DNA of 64,000 nt from Eledone cirrhosa (GCA_964016885.1 OZ024741.1:350610001-350674000), one strand, 5' to 3'. Shown: positions 27,001 to 39,662, numbered from the stretch's first letter. Translations and numbers: made by a program. The notes: generated by a model from the sequence alone, not told the origin.

Positions 27001-29917
27001 CTAAACGCGTCCTTACCAGCGCGCAAGGCCAACAGAGACCGGATTAGTGAACTAGTTAAGTGGGCGTTGACGGGGGCCATCGTCAACAACAATTGGTGGT
27101 TTGCTCTGAAAAGAGCGATTAGAATAGAGTCCATTAGGTTTAGTAAGGCTTTAGCAATAGAGAAAAATAGAGCAGAGGGAGAATTAGTTAGAAAATTAGA
27201 CGAGGCGCTTTGCAAAGGCATCGCGACCGACGTACTTGCGGCGAAATTGGCCCTTGACCAATTCTTCAATGCAAAGTACGAAGGCTGCGTTGTCAGAGCT
27301 AGGGTGCGTGCTCTCAGACACGAGGGGACGAAAGCCGTTCAATGGGCTCGAGTGGCGGAGGCGCGTCGTGGCAACAAAGCCACGATCCGGTCTTTGGTGG
27401 ACCACGACGGGCGCATGCTACTCGATCCCGGGAAAATGTGTGAAGCTTTTCAGCGACACTTCGCTCAACTGTTCGGGGGCAGCGGCGGGCCGGATCGAGG
27501 GATGGACTTTAGTGTCTACCTCGACGGACTGCCGCGGCTCTCGGCCACTGAGGCGGAGTGTTGCGAAAATCCGATAACAGCCGCTGAAGTACGGGAGGCA
27601 ATGACTGGCTGCACAAGGGGTAAATCGCCTGGTTTGGATGGTCTGCCCTATGAACTTTACGTACAAATGCCAGACTTGTTCGGAGGCCTCTTGGCGGACG
27701 TCTACTGCAACTGGCAAGAGAACGGGAGAATTCCCAGCTCTGTGAGCCGAGGAGCGGTGGCGCTGCTGAGAAAGGATCCGAACAAGGGGGATAACATAGA
27801 TAATTTTAGGCCCATAACTCTGCTAAACACAGAGTTCAAGATTTTGGCCAAGGTGCTAGCAAAGAGGTTGGCGCTTGTCGTTTGTGGTCTGGTGGGAGAG
27901 GCGCAGACATGCGCCGTTCCCGACAGATCCATCCACGACAACCTCCACCTCATGCGATACATCGTAGAGAGGGTAGCTAGGGAACCTGGCACGGGTGGGT
28001 CTTTGATAAATTTAGATCAGTCGAAAGCTTTCGATAGGGTCGACCATCGTTACCTAGCGGCAGTCCTGAGGGCGGCTGGCTTTGGGCCCGTCTTCAGAGG
28101 CTGGATCGCTGCCATGCACAGCGACATCTGCTCTGTGGTGAGAGTGAACGGTCACCTTTCGTAACCGTTCAACATCATGCGCTCGGTCCGCCAAGGATGT
28201 CCCCTCTCGTCCCTCTTGTACGTATTGACTTTCGAGCCATTACTGCACAAACTGGAAACGTTGAGGGGGGTCCCGCGCGAACTAGGATGCGGAAGCTCCG
28301 TGTCAGCATATGCGGACGATGTCACCGTAGTGGTGTCGAACGCCAAACACATCGAGGCGATCGGCACTACACTAAGAGAATACGAAGCGGTGACAGGAGC
28401 AATGATCAACCAGGAAAAGTCAGTGGGCCTGCAGCTTGGCCACTGGAGAGGCAGGTCCATGCCGTCCAACAGCGTCGTCGGGCGCTGGACGGACGGACCG
28501 GTTAAACTGCTAGGGGTCTGGTTCGGTCCGGACCTCCAGACGGACAAAAACTGGGACGAGGTGACGAGCAGGGTGGCTTCTCTCACCCAGAAATGGGCCG
28601 AGAGGAAGCTATCCCTGAAAGGTCGAGCGGAGGTGGCTAACGCGTACATCGCGTCCGTCATCTACTACCGCCTGACCGTCGTACCTCGTCCTAAGCCCCG
28701 CCTGACTGCGCTGGAGCGTTTGCTCTTTCGCTTTTTGTGGAAGGGACGCGCTCCGATGGTCAGGCGGTCCATCTGCTGTCAACACCCGCTACGTGGAGGG
28801 CTGGGCAAGCCGTGGCTGATGATGCGCAGACACGCGCTCAGGCTACGACATCTCCACCTCTTCCTCGACGGTGATCAGGTGTGGTCGCCGTTTGCTAGAC
28901 ACGTCTTTCCCCAGCTCGTCTCCTTGACGGAGCTGCAGTCCTGGGTCAAGCGAAGACCGAGAGGGAGCGCTTGGAGACTGGAATGTCTTCAGGCGCTCAC
29001 AGCCCTCAACCAATCGGGCAATGTGATCGGTGGAAACTCCACCTTGGCGTTCTATAGAGGATTAGTGGAGGGGAAGAGCGACGACGTACTTGGAGAAACT
29101 CTAGGCGTCGACGAAAATCAACTAGCCAATCTCTTCGGAAGGATTTTCGGGCCGGGGCCTATGGACAACTTCCAGAAATCCCTGGCCTGGCAGTGCTACC
29201 GGGGAGCTTTGCCAGTTCGGGATAAACTCTACAGGCATGGAGGTGCCGTCAGCCGGGCATGTCCGAGATGCGCGCAGGGCGACGAAACCGTCCTGCACGC
29301 ACTCGTCCAGTGTCCGAGCATTGCTGACTTGTGGGTTTATGTCGAACACCTGCTGTCACGTGTAGAACGGATCCAGCTATCAGCTGAGTCCATCGTGAGG
29401 ATTGCCCCGCCCTCTTCCTTTAGCCGGGAAGGGCAGGCAGTTTTTATCTGTCTGGTGGCCATGGTGAAAGAGATAGTATGGTGGACACGTTTGAAAGGGC
29501 TGAAGACGAGCACTTACCTCTTCGGTGATGCCCTGATTAACTTTTTCAAATTTCATTTGAAAAGGAAAATCAGGGTAGAGAGGGAAGTGCTCTCTTCCCA
29601 GCATTTTGTTGAAAGATGGGTGAGAGAAGCAAGTATGGCCCGAGTGAATGGGCCTACTCTGAGTATGTGTCTGTAAATTAAAGGTGGAAAACTGGGAGAG
29701 GGCACTTGCCCTGGTAGTCAGGATCACTGTGGTCTTTTAATGGGATTTCTCCACAAATGTCCCTCGGAAGTCTCCCCCCTATTGGGGAATTTTTCTTTGT
29801 TATTTTATTACATCCTCTGTTTTTACACGCAGAAATGCCCATTTGTACCGTCCTGTATTGTCCTGTACTGTCCTTAATGTCTACTTTATGTAAACCCTTG
29901 TGGTTAATAAAGAAAAC
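24068..29917 (+). mobile_element. L1/Tx1-like LINE copy 1, full length, disrupted
   Basis: Broken ORF1 with CVVCGEGTHLRAF knuckle remnant. ORF2 from ATG 26258 (frameshift ~26455, stop 28162) with APE, RT and CPRC finger. AATAAA then (ATT)n at the 3' end; (ATT)n at the 5' flank. Confidence 0.93.
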
Positions 29918-29930
29918 ATTATTATTATTA

Positions 29931-30740
29931 TTGGCAGTATTGGTAAAGCAATGGACCAAATGCCGTGGCAGTATTTGCTCTTGCTTTTTATGTTTTGATT
30001 TTAAATTCCCCCCAAGATCAACTTTGCCATTCATTTTTCCAAGGTCAGTAAAATAAAGTACCAGTCATGTACTGGAGTTGATGTAATCAACTTTTCCTTC
30101 CTCCAAATTTCTGGTCTTGTGCTAATGTTAGAAATCCCCATTATTATTATTATTATTAAAGAGTTACGGTCCTTTACGGTCTGAGTTCAAATCCTGCCAA
30201 GGTTAACTTTGCTTTTCATCCTTACGGGGTCGATAAAATAAAGTACCAGTAACGTACTGGAGTTGATTTAATTGACTTTCCCCTCCCACAAAATTACTGG
30301 CCTTGTGCCTATACTAGAAATCATTGTTATTATTATTGGATAATAACGGGCCCGTTCTGAGTATGCTTGTAGACTGAGGAGTGGGAGAACTGAGAGAGGG
30401 CGCTTGCCCTGGTGGTCAGGGTGGTCGTGGTCTTTTGTGTGGTTTTCACCATGAGTGACCCTTGGAGGTTTCCCCCCTATTGGGGAATTTTTGTTGTTTG
30501 AATTTTTTTAAATTTGTTTTTACACATCTCTATCTTCTTGTTATAACGTTATTACATGACCAAAACCCACTTTCTAGCGCCCTGTATCGTTCTGTGCCAT
30601 CTGTAATGTTTTTCTTCATGTTAACCCTTGTGGCCAATAAAGAAACCATTTGTACCGTCCTGTATTGTCCTGTACTGTCCTTAATGTCTTACTTTGTGTA
30701 AACCCTTGTGGTTAATAAAGAAATCATCATTATTATTATT
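29931..30740 (+). mobile_element. Two SINE pieces followed by two Tx1-like 3'-end fragments
   Basis: SINE cores at ~30025 and ~30210. 30340-30646 and 30647-30730 match the Tx1 3' UTR (ccttgtgg..aataaagaaa..catt). Confidence 0.8.
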
Positions 30741-33626
30741 ACAGCTGCATTTATCTTGCTTTATGTTCATACGAGTTATCACCAAGTCACAACCAGTGAC
30801 CTCAAGAGACAACAAGGCCCGCCATGTTCAAGAAAGAACATACATACACACACATGCATCTTTAGGTGTTTAGACTTGTGATGTACTTATATTGACAGAA
30901 TATTCCTTAGTATATGGGCAGTTCCCATTAGTACTATCTTTTGTATTTCTCCTATACGCGGGTTTCCTGGGATTTACGATAAGTAATCATTTGACCCCTT
31001 AGGTATCATTCCTAGAGCGCCTACAACCACTGGTATTGTTTTAGTTCTCAATTTCCACATTTTTCCAATTTCTATCTCTAGGTCCTTATACTTGCTCAAT
31101 TTTTCAAATGTTTTTATAGATACATTCTTGTCTATTGGAACGGATATATCAATTAGCAGGCATACCCTCTTTTTAAAGTCCTTCAGTATTATATCAGGTC
31201 TATTTGCATCTATTTTTTGGTCTGTTTGGATGCTAAAGTTCCACAAGATTGAGATGTGATCTTTTTCAAGTATGGGAGGTGGTTGATGCTCCCACCAATT
31301 CTTTTGATGGGGCAGGTCAAAATGCTTACACATTGTGCAGCTCTGTCATGCCTGTTTAGGTATTCGGTTGGAGCTATAGGACTGCACATTGAAATTATAT
31401 GATCAATGGTCTCTGGTTGTTTTTTACATACACGGCATAATGGGCTGCATCCATTTTTTATTATGTTGGCTTGGTAATTTTTTGTTGGCAGACACTGATC
31501 TTGTACTGATATAATCAGTCCTTCAGTCTCCAATTTCAGTCCAGAGGATGCCAACCACTGATGGGTTAAAGTTTTGTCAACATCAGGATTGTTAGCTCTT
31601 TCTGGGTATTTTCCATACAGAGGATTTTCTTGCCATTTCTTAGCCAGTTTTTGTAGCAGTTCTTTCTTTGCAGTTACTTTTACCTGCTTTGCTTTTTCTG
31701 TGTTTTCCATTTCAGCAGTAAATGGGACTTCTGAAATTTGTAGTCCATTACTGTATCTTTGTGCATCTTTTGTAATGGAGTATGATCTTTTGATGCTTTC
31801 GTGTTTCAAAACGAGTTTGATTCCCTTAGATATGTAGATAATCCAATTGTTGCAGTTTTCAACACAATATCTAACTGGATTAACCCGCGTCCTCCTTCTT
31901 TCCTAGGGAGATATATTCTATCTGTATCTGCCTTAGGGTGATGCATTCTGTGCATGGTTAAGAATTTTCTAATTTTTGTATCGAGCCTATGGATCTCTGT
32001 GCTTGACCAGTTGATGACATTGTAACTGTAGGTTACTACTGGTATGGCAAGCGTGTTTATGGCATCGATCCTATTCCTTGCATTCAATTCCGTTCTTAAG
32101 ATTGCTCTTACTCTGCGGTAACATTCCTTCCTTATCGTTTCCCTCATTGTCGAGTGCTTGATTCCGTCTCCTTCACAAACACCTAGATATTTGTAAGTTT
32201 CCTCTTGCTCAAGTTCTCTTATCACATTCCCCCGATCAAGATTAATGTCTGAACTTTTCAGCAGCTTTCCTCAGGTGAACGTTGCTTTGGCGCATTTATC
32301 TAGTCCAAACTCCATTTTAATGTCATCACTGAACTGCTCCACAGTGGATAATAGCCCTTGCAATTGTTCATCATTTTTTGCAAATAGTTTCAGGTCATCC
32401 ATGTAGAACAAGTGATTAATGGTTTTGTCATAGACTTTATATCCATGATTTGTTTCATTGAGCATTTTACTTAATGGTATAAGTGCGATGCAGAACAAAA
32501 GCGGTGATAAAGAGTCACCCTGAAAAATTCCACAATTAATATTAACTTCTCCAGTTTCCAGTGATTTTGTTTCACTATTCAAAAAGAGTGTCGTTTTCCA
32601 TGTCTTCATACTGAATGACAGGAACCTCTTGACAACGGGAGATATTTTGAAAATCTCTAAACATTTTTCAATCCAACTGTGTGGCAAACTATTGAATGCT
32701 TTTTTATAATCTATCCAAGCAATTGATAGATTTTTGTGTCTATTATGACAATCTTCCAGTATCATTTTGTTAACCAAAAGCTGATCCTTACAGCCATATG
32801 AGCCTCGTTTACATCCTTTCTGCTCATTGGGAAATAGGTCATTTGTTATCAGGTGGTCATATGTATATTCAGTTAGGACTGATGTTAAAATTTTATACAT
32901 TGTGGTCAAGCAACTTATCGGTCTGTAATTTTTGGGATTGTTTGTCTCATCATTCTTCGGAAGCAGGAATGTAATGCCGTTAACTAGCCATGATGGTATC
33001 TTTTCTGGCTCCTTAACTATTTCATTGTAAAGTTGGGCTAACAGCTCATGAGACTCTGTGAAGGCATTTATCCAAAAATTTGGTATTTTGTCTTTTCCTT
33101 GGGATTTCCATTTGCTGGTTTTCCTAAGAGACAAACGCAACTGTTCAACTGTTATATTTTCCCATATTTGTTCCTCAAGGTGAGCTGTATCTTTCATTTG
33201 TCTGTCTGTCCATGGGGCATGTATATTATGAACTTTTTCTTCGGCCCAGCTCTTTTCCCAGAATTCTTGCACTTCCTCCTTGGGTGGTATTGATTTAGCA
33301 GTTATTGTTGACTTGCCAATTTTTCTGTAGAAGTTTCTTTGGTTGTTTTTGAACATATTATTGTCCTTATAGAATCTAGATCGTTTTTCAAAGTGCCTTA
33401 TACGAGCAGCTTTGGCCGACACTTTTTGCTTGATTATTTCTATCAGCATGTCTATGTCACTTGTTGATTTTATACTGTATTTTCTTTTCAATTTTCTAAG
33501 TTTAGTTTGTTTAACATGTTCACCTACTTTGTAGTTTGTTAACATTTCTATGTCAGATCGGAGAAGGTTTATTTGGCGATTGATGTTCTCTTGCCAAGTA
33601 GATTTCTTGTGGGAATTCCTTTGTTT
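30741..33626 (-). mobile_element. R4/Dong-clade non-LTR element, subfamily 1, 5'-truncated and disrupted
   Basis: RT (DYKKAFNSLPH, IFQGDSLSP, YMDD), CCHC finger (CRVC..ETIDH..C), RLE (NRPDI..IDISVP..KYKDL). (AAT)n at both ends. Confidence 0.92.
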
Positions 33627-33653
33627 ATTATTATTATTATTATTATTATTATT

Positions 33654-36600
33654 GAATGCCATGGTTGACGGAGGCTCGGCTCTGTAAGGTATAGTAATTT
33701 TTAACCGTTAAAACAATTGTAAATTGTTTAAAACTTGAACCAAATTGTTGATAAAGACACCCTCCTCCTCGTGAGAGGGGTCTTTCTGTCCGTTATTTGG
33801 CCCTTCGGGGTTAAATAATCAGTTATTGGGGTTTTGTACCCAAAATTTCATTTTAAACAAAAAACAACATGGCTACGAAAAAGAAATTTCATACGTCACT
33901 CCCACTCATTCCGTCTTCTTCTTCCTCAATCATCACTACAGCAGAGAGAAGATTGTCTCTCTCCCTCTCTTCTTTAAATGTGTCTCTCTCCCTCCCTTCT
34001 CTTTCGCAAGTGACGAAAGAAAAGAAAAGTCTCGTGCAAAGCGTGCAAGGTTTCTCCACGACGACGACGACAGCGACGAAACAGGTGTGCGGGAAATACG
34101 AAAACCCAGTTCATTCGTCTGACGTCAGGAATAATAGCAGTAGCAGCCGTAATAACAACAGCAACAGTGACAATGAAAACAACAGTAGCAGCCGCAACAG
34201 CATCACCAGCAGCATAAACAACAACAGCATTAGCAGCAGCAACACCAACAACAACTACAGCAACAGCGGCGGAGGCAGTAGTCGTAGTACCTGCAACAAC
34301 AACAAAAGTAGCAGCAGCTCTGACGACAACAACAACAGCAGAGAAAAACCAATCTCATTTGCAGGTATTGCGAAAAACTTGGAAACAATCCTCATAACAA
34401 ATGAGGAATTAGAGGAAGCGAAGAAGATGGTGACAAAGAACGGACACCGAGCAATCTGCAAGGCAGCGGAAAAATTTTTCGAAACCCAAGAGCACTGTAC
34501 GGTCACGTACCGTACAGTAAGTACAAAATCCCGTAGGGTGGAAAGAGCCACAGAGGCCCAAATACAAAAAGCCTTGGGGTCTGTGTGGCAGCGGAAAACG
34601 CACATCACCCGAGGCAAAAAATATGCCACCGTAGACGTACTTTTTGCCACACCCCAGGAGGCAAAGGCCCAATCAGTAGTGACCCTAAGGAGCGAGGAAA
34701 TGGTGTTGGTGCCCTCCTACTGCGGGCAAAAAATTGTGAGGGTCAAACTGACCCACGTCCCCCCCGGAATGACCCCTTCTTGGCTGGCCGCGTCTGTCCT
34801 CGTCGGAATCGAGGACAAAACAACTGTACTGCAAGTACAGAAAAAAGTAAGAGAAGATTGGGTCGGCTCCTCCATTGAGATGCTAATCCAAACCAACCAG
34901 GAGTGCATCGAAGCTATTCCGGATGTGATAGACTTCGATAACGGCACTCAACTGCCCATAAGTGTTGAGGGCAAACGCCCGAAATGCTTTCGCTGTGGAT
35001 CGAAGACTCACCTCAGGGCCTTCTGCAACGAGAAGACCCTGAGAAAGGAGAAAACCCCCCTCCTTCCGAATCCGGCTCCACGGCTACCAGCAACAGGACA
35101 AGCGGCAACCAGGAACGATAGGTCCGTGGCACCCATACCCACTCCACGGAAATCAAAAACAGCAGCAGCAGTGGAAATATTAACAACAACAACAACAGCA
35201 AAACCAAATGCAGCTGCAACAGAGACTCCAGTGCAAACATCACCAACAACAACAAGTGAAAGAGTGGAGCTGGTACCCCTCCCCGACCTCACAGAATCAG
35301 ACATGGAGTGTGAGGTGGGAGAGGGATGGCAAAAGGTCGCAAGAAGGCACAAACGCAGAAGCAGCGCATCGTCGCCTTTGAAAAGGGAGGAAAGAAATGA
35401 GAAAAGGGTAAAGTCTACTGCAAAGAGACCCACAGCAGCAACACCACCAACACCATCACCACCCACACCAGCACCACCATCACCACCGGCGACAACCCCA
35501 CCGCCAACAACACCTTCAACACCACCACCACAAGCACCAACATCGCAAACACAACAACAAAACACACACACCCAGCAACAACGACAAGAAAATAGCAGAA
35601 CCACACCCCACCCCCAGAAAAACAAATGCACGGCAATAAACACACACAACAAGAAACTAATGACTTACATAATTGAACACACAGACATTTCACAACAGGA
35701 CTACATAATACCAGCACCAATCAAAACGCCAACTAACATAAGACTGCTAAAAATAGCACAGAAACAATACACAAACATTAAAACGAAATTCCCCAACGCA
35801 GTTGGTGATTTCAGGGACCTAGGAGGAACCATCAATCGAAGAGTATATTCAGACATTCTCTTAGAAGAGCCGACGACCAGCCGAAGGGACGATTCAACCA
35901 GACGATCAAGTGAAAAGGGATGTAAAAACCATCCCTCCTCTACCAAAAGTACGGTAAGTGGTCTTTCCCATCTTTTCCACTATATTTTAAACATGACCTC
36001 ACTCAGAATAGGCAGCATAAATGCGCGTGGCTTGGGGTCGTCATGGAAGCAGGGTCACCTGCTCAACGACCTCAGGTCACTAAACATAGATGTAGTGGCC
36101 ATCAGCGAGACCAGAATCTCCGAAGCACGGGCCTTCGCACCGATCTTCGGCGGCTACGATGTGTACGCATCTCCCAGCCGTCCTGGATCGGGTGGAGGAG
36201 TTGCTGTGCTTTTTCGGAGAGGTTTGGATCTCGCCATACGGGCCATCTTCCTGGACCCAGAGGGTAAGCTGGTGGTGCTGGACGTGACCAGCGGAGACGG
36301 GAAAGCTTTCAGGCTAGTGGCCGTCTATGCCCCGACAGGAGCAGGGCGGCCTGATTTCTTCCGGCGTCTGGAGACCTTTCTTGGAACGTCCCGCTCTTTA
36401 GTGTTAGTGGGCGACTGGAACGGGATCTTAGATGCACGCTGGGACTGTGTGGGATTAGCGGATAGGGGTGGAGGGTGCAAGAGCCTCACCAACCTGCTCA
36501 GGCGTTTTGAACTGTCTGACAGGTACCGATTGGATTTCCCGAATGTGCCAATGTGGACTTGGACAAACCGCATAGGGTCATCCAGATCATATCTAGATAG

Positions 36601-39600
36601 AGTATTTTGTAGGGAAATAGATAGGTCTAGCATAGGCTGTCCACAATTCAAGATAGTCAGCTACACGGACCACAAATTCGTGACCTGTGTGCTTGACTTA
36701 GATAGGCTTCATAGACGAGGACCCGGCTACTGGAAGCTAAACGCGTCCTTACCAGCGCGCAAGGCCAACAGAGACCGGATTAGCGAACTAGTTAAGCGGG
36801 CGTTGACGGGGGCCATCGTCAACAACAAGTGGTGGTTTGCTCTGAAAAGAGCGATTAGAATAGAATCGATTAGGTTTAGTAAGGCTTTAGCAATAGAGAA
36901 AAATAGAGCAGAGGGAGAACTAGTTAGAAAATTAGACGAGGCGCTTAGCAAAGGCATTGCGACCGACGTGCTTGCGGCGAAATTGGCCCTTGACCAATTC
37001 TTCAATGCAAAGCACGAAGGCTGCGTTGTCAGAGCTAGGGTGCGTGCTCTCAGACACGAGGGGACGAAAGCCGTTCAATGGGCCCGAGTGGCGGAGGCGC
37101 GTCGTGGCAACAAAGCCACGATCCGGTCTTTGGTGGACCACGACGGGCGCATGCTACTCGATCCCGGGCAAATGTGTGAAGCTTTTCAGCGACACTTCGC
37201 TCAGCTGTTCGGGGGCAGCGGGGGGCCGGGTAGAGGGATGGACTTTAGTGTCTACCTCGACGGACTGCCGCGGCTCTCGGCCACTGAGGCGAAGTGTTGC
37301 GAAAAGCCGATAACAGCCGCTGAAGTACGGGAGGCAATGACTGGCTGCACAAGGGGTAAATCGCCTGGTTTGGATGGTCTGCCCTATGAACTTTACGTAC
37401 AGATGCCAGACTTGTTCGGAGGCCTCTTGGCGGACGTCTACTGCAACTGGCAACAGAACGGGAGAATTCCCAGTTCTGTGAGCCGAGGAGCGGTGGCACT
37501 GCTGAGAAAGGATCCGAACAAGGGGGATAACATAGACAATTTCCGGCCCATAACTCTGCTAAACACAGAGTTTAAGATTTTGGCCAAGGTGCTAGCAAAG
37601 AGGTTGGCGCTTGTCGTTGGTGGTCTGGTGGGAGAGGCGCAGACATGCGCCATTCCCGACAGATCCATCCACGACAACCTCCACCTCATGCGATACATCG
37701 TAGAGAGGGTAGCTAGGGAACCTGGCACGGGTGGGTCCTTGATCAATTTAGATCAGTCGAAAGCTTTCGATAGGGTCGACCATCGTTACCTAGCGGCAGT
37801 CCTGAGGGCGGCTGGCTTTGGGCCCGTCTTCAGAGGCTGGATCGCTGCCATGCACAGCGACATCTGCTCTGTGGTGAGAGTGAACGGTCACCTGTCGGAA
37901 CCGTTCAACATCATGCGCTCGGTCCGCCAAGGATGTCCCCTCTCGTCCCTCTTGTACGTATTGACTCTCGAGCCATTACTGCACAAACTGGAGACGTTGA
38001 GGGGAGTCCCGCGCGAACTAGGATGCGGAAGATCCGTGTCAGCATATGCGGACGATGTCACCGTAGTGATGTCGAACGCCAAACACATCGAGGCGATCGG
38101 CACTACACTAAGAGAATACGAAGCGGTGACAGGAGCAATGATCAACCAGGAAAAGTCAGTGGGCCTGCAGCTCGGCACCTGGAGAGGCAGGTCCATGCCG
38201 TCCAACAGCGTCGTCGGGCGCTGGACGGACGGACCGGTTAAATTGCTAGGGGTCTGGTTCGGTCCGGACCTCCAGACGGACAAAAACTGGGACGAGGTGA
38301 CGAGCAGGGTGGCTTCTCTCACCCAGAAATGGGCGGAGAGGAAGCTATCCCTGAAAGGTCGAGCGGAGGTGGCTAACGCGTACATCGCGTCTGTCATCTG
38401 CTACCGCCTAACCGTCGTACCTTGTCCTAAGCCTCGCCTGACTGCGCTGGAGCGTTTGCTCTTTCGCTTTTTGTGGAAGGGACGTGCTCCGATGGTCAGG
38501 CGGTCCATCTGTTGTCAACACCCGCTACGTGGAGGGCTGGGCATGCCGTGGCTGATGATGCGCAGGCACGCGCTCAGGCTACGACATCTCCACCTCTTCC
38601 TCGACGGTGATCAGGTGTGGTCGCCGTTTGCTAGACGCGTTTTTCCCCAGCTCGTTTCCTTGACGGAGCTGCAGTCCTGGGTCAAGCGAAGACCGAGAGG
38701 GAGCGCCTGGAGACTGGAATGTCTTCAGGCGCTCACAGCCCTCGACCAATCGGGCAATGTGATCGGTGGAAACTCCACCTCGGCGTTCTATAGAGGATTA
38801 GTGGAGGGGAAGAGCGACGACGTACTTGGGGAAACTCTAGGCGTCGACGAAAATCAACTAGCCAATCTCTTCGGAAGAACTTTCGGGCCAGGGCCTATGG
38901 ACAACTTCCAGAAATCTCTGGCCTGGCAGTGCTACCGAGGAGCCTTGCCAGTTCGGGATAAACTCTACAGGCATGGAGGTGCCGTCAGCCGGGCATGTCC
39001 GAGATGCGCGCAGGGCGACGAAACCGTCCTGCACGCACTCGTCCAGTGTCCGAAAATTGCTGACTTGTGGGTTTATGTCGAACACCTGCTGTCGCGTTTA
39101 GGACGGATCCAGCTATCATCTGAGTCTATCGTGAGGATTGCCCCGCCCTCCTCCTTTAGCCGGGAAGGGCAGGCAGTTTTTATCTGTCTGGTGGCCATGG
39201 CGAAAGAGATAGTATGGTGGACACGTTTGAAAGGGCTGAAGACGAGCACTTACCTCTTCGGTGATGCTCTGATTGACTTTTTCAAATTTCATTTGAAAAG
39301 GAAAATCAGAGTAGAGAGGGAAGTGCTCTCTTCCCAGCATTTTGTTGAAAGATGGGTGAGAGAAGCAAGAATGGCCCGAGTGAATGGGCCGACTCTGAGT
39401 ATATATCTGTAAACTAAAGGTGGAAAACTGGGAGAGGGCACTTGCCTTGGTGGTCAGGGTCATTGTGGCTTTTTACTGGGCTTTCTCCACAAATGTCCCT
39501 CCGAAGTCTCCCCCCTATTGGGGAATTTTTCATTATTATTTTTTGTTACATCCTCTGTTTTTGTTTTTTACACGCAGAAATGCCCATTTGTACCGTCCTG

Positions 39601-39660
39601 CATTGTCCTGCACTGTCCTTAATGTCTACTTTATGTAAACCCTTGTGGTTAATAAAGAAA

Positions 39661-39662
<2 letters not shown>
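33654..39662 (+). mobile_element. L1/Tx1-like LINE copy 2, full length, apparently intact
   Basis: (ATT)n on both flanks. 3' UTR nearly identical to copy 1. Confidence 0.95.
33869..39412 (+). CDS. Single 1847-aa ORF: ORF1 (CCHC knuckle) fused in frame to APE-RT-Zn finger ORF2
   Basis: CFRCGSKTHLRAFC; SINARGL, VYAP, GDWN, TDHK; KSPGLDG, DQSKAFDRVDH, VRQGCPLS, YADD; CPRC..ETVLHALVQC. Confidence 0.9.
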   Translation: MATKKKFHTSLPLIPSSSSSIITTAERRLSLSLSSLNVSLSLPSLSQVTKEKKSLVQSVQGFSTTTTTATKQVCGKYENPVHSSDVRNNSSSSRNNNSNSDNENNSSSRNSITSSINNNSISSSNTNNNYSNSGGGSSRSTCNNNKSSSSSDDNNNSREKPISFAGIAKNLETILITNEELEEAKKMVTKNGHRAICKAAEKFFETQEHCTVTYRTVSTKSRRVERATEAQIQKALGSVWQRKTHITRGKKYATVDVLFATPQEAKAQSVVTLRSEEMVLVPSYCGQKIVRVKLTHVPPGMTPSWLAASVLVGIEDKTTVLQVQKKVREDWVGSSIEMLIQTNQECIEAIPDVIDFDNGTQLPISVEGKRPKCFRCGSKTHLRAFCNEKTLRKEKTPLLPNPAPRLPATGQAATRNDRSVAPIPTPRKSKTAAAVEILTTTTTAKPNAAATETPVQTSPTTTSERVELVPLPDLTESDMECEVGEGWQKVARRHKRRSSASSPLKREERNEKRVKSTAKRPTAATPPTPSPPTPAPPSPPATTPPPTTPSTPPPQAPTSQTQQQNTHTQQQRQENSRTTPHPQKNKCTAINTHNKKLMTYIIEHTDISQQDYIIPAPIKTPTNIRLLKIAQKQYTNIKTKFPNAVGDFRDLGGTINRRVYSDILLEEPTTSRRDDSTRRSSEKGCKNHPSSTKSTVSGLSHLFHYILNMTSLRIGSINARGLGSSWKQGHLLNDLRSLNIDVVAISETRISEARAFAPIFGGYDVYASPSRPGSGGGVAVLFRRGLDLAIRAIFLDPEGKLVVLDVTSGDGKAFRLVAVYAPTGAGRPDFFRRLETFLGTSRSLVLVGDWNGILDARWDCVGLADRGGGCKSLTNLLRRFELSDRYRLDFPNVPMWTWTNRIGSSRSYLDRVFCREIDRSSIGCPQFKIVSYTDHKFVTCVLDLDRLHRRGPGYWKLNASLPARKANRDRISELVKRALTGAIVNNKWWFALKRAIRIESIRFSKALAIEKNRAEGELVRKLDEALSKGIATDVLAAKLALDQFFNAKHEGCVVRARVRALRHEGTKAVQWARVAEARRGNKATIRSLVDHDGRMLLDPGQMCEAFQRHFAQLFGGSGGPGRGMDFSVYLDGLPRLSATEAKCCEKPITAAEVREAMTGCTRGKSPGLDGLPYELYVQMPDLFGGLLADVYCNWQQNGRIPSSVSRGAVALLRKDPNKGDNIDNFRPITLLNTEFKILAKVLAKRLALVVGGLVGEAQTCAIPDRSIHDNLHLMRYIVERVAREPGTGGSLINLDQSKAFDRVDHRYLAAVLRAAGFGPVFRGWIAAMHSDICSVVRVNGHLSEPFNIMRSVRQGCPLSSLLYVLTLEPLLHKLETLRGVPRELGCGRSVSAYADDVTVVMSNAKHIEAIGTTLREYEAVTGAMINQEKSVGLQLGTWRGRSMPSNSVVGRWTDGPVKLLGVWFGPDLQTDKNWDEVTSRVASLTQKWAERKLSLKGRAEVANAYIASVICYRLTVVPCPKPRLTALERLLFRFLWKGRAPMVRRSICCQHPLRGGLGMPWLMMRRHALRLRHLHLFLDGDQVWSPFARRVFPQLVSLTELQSWVKRRPRGSAWRLECLQALTALDQSGNVIGGNSTSAFYRGLVEGKSDDVLGETLGVDENQLANLFGRTFGPGPMDNFQKSLAWQCYRGALPVRDKLYRHGGAVSRACPRCAQGDETVLHALVQCPKIADLWVYVEHLLSRLGRIQLSSESIVRIAPPSSFSREGQAVFICLVAMAKEIVWWTRLKGLKTSTYLFGDALIDFFKFHLKRKIRVEREVLSSQHFVERWVREARMARVNGPTLSIYL

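Noticed and set aside
26589-39463. Duplicated antisense ORFs in both Tx1 copies
   Set aside because: Shadows of the GC-rich ORF2, shared because the copies are nearly identical.
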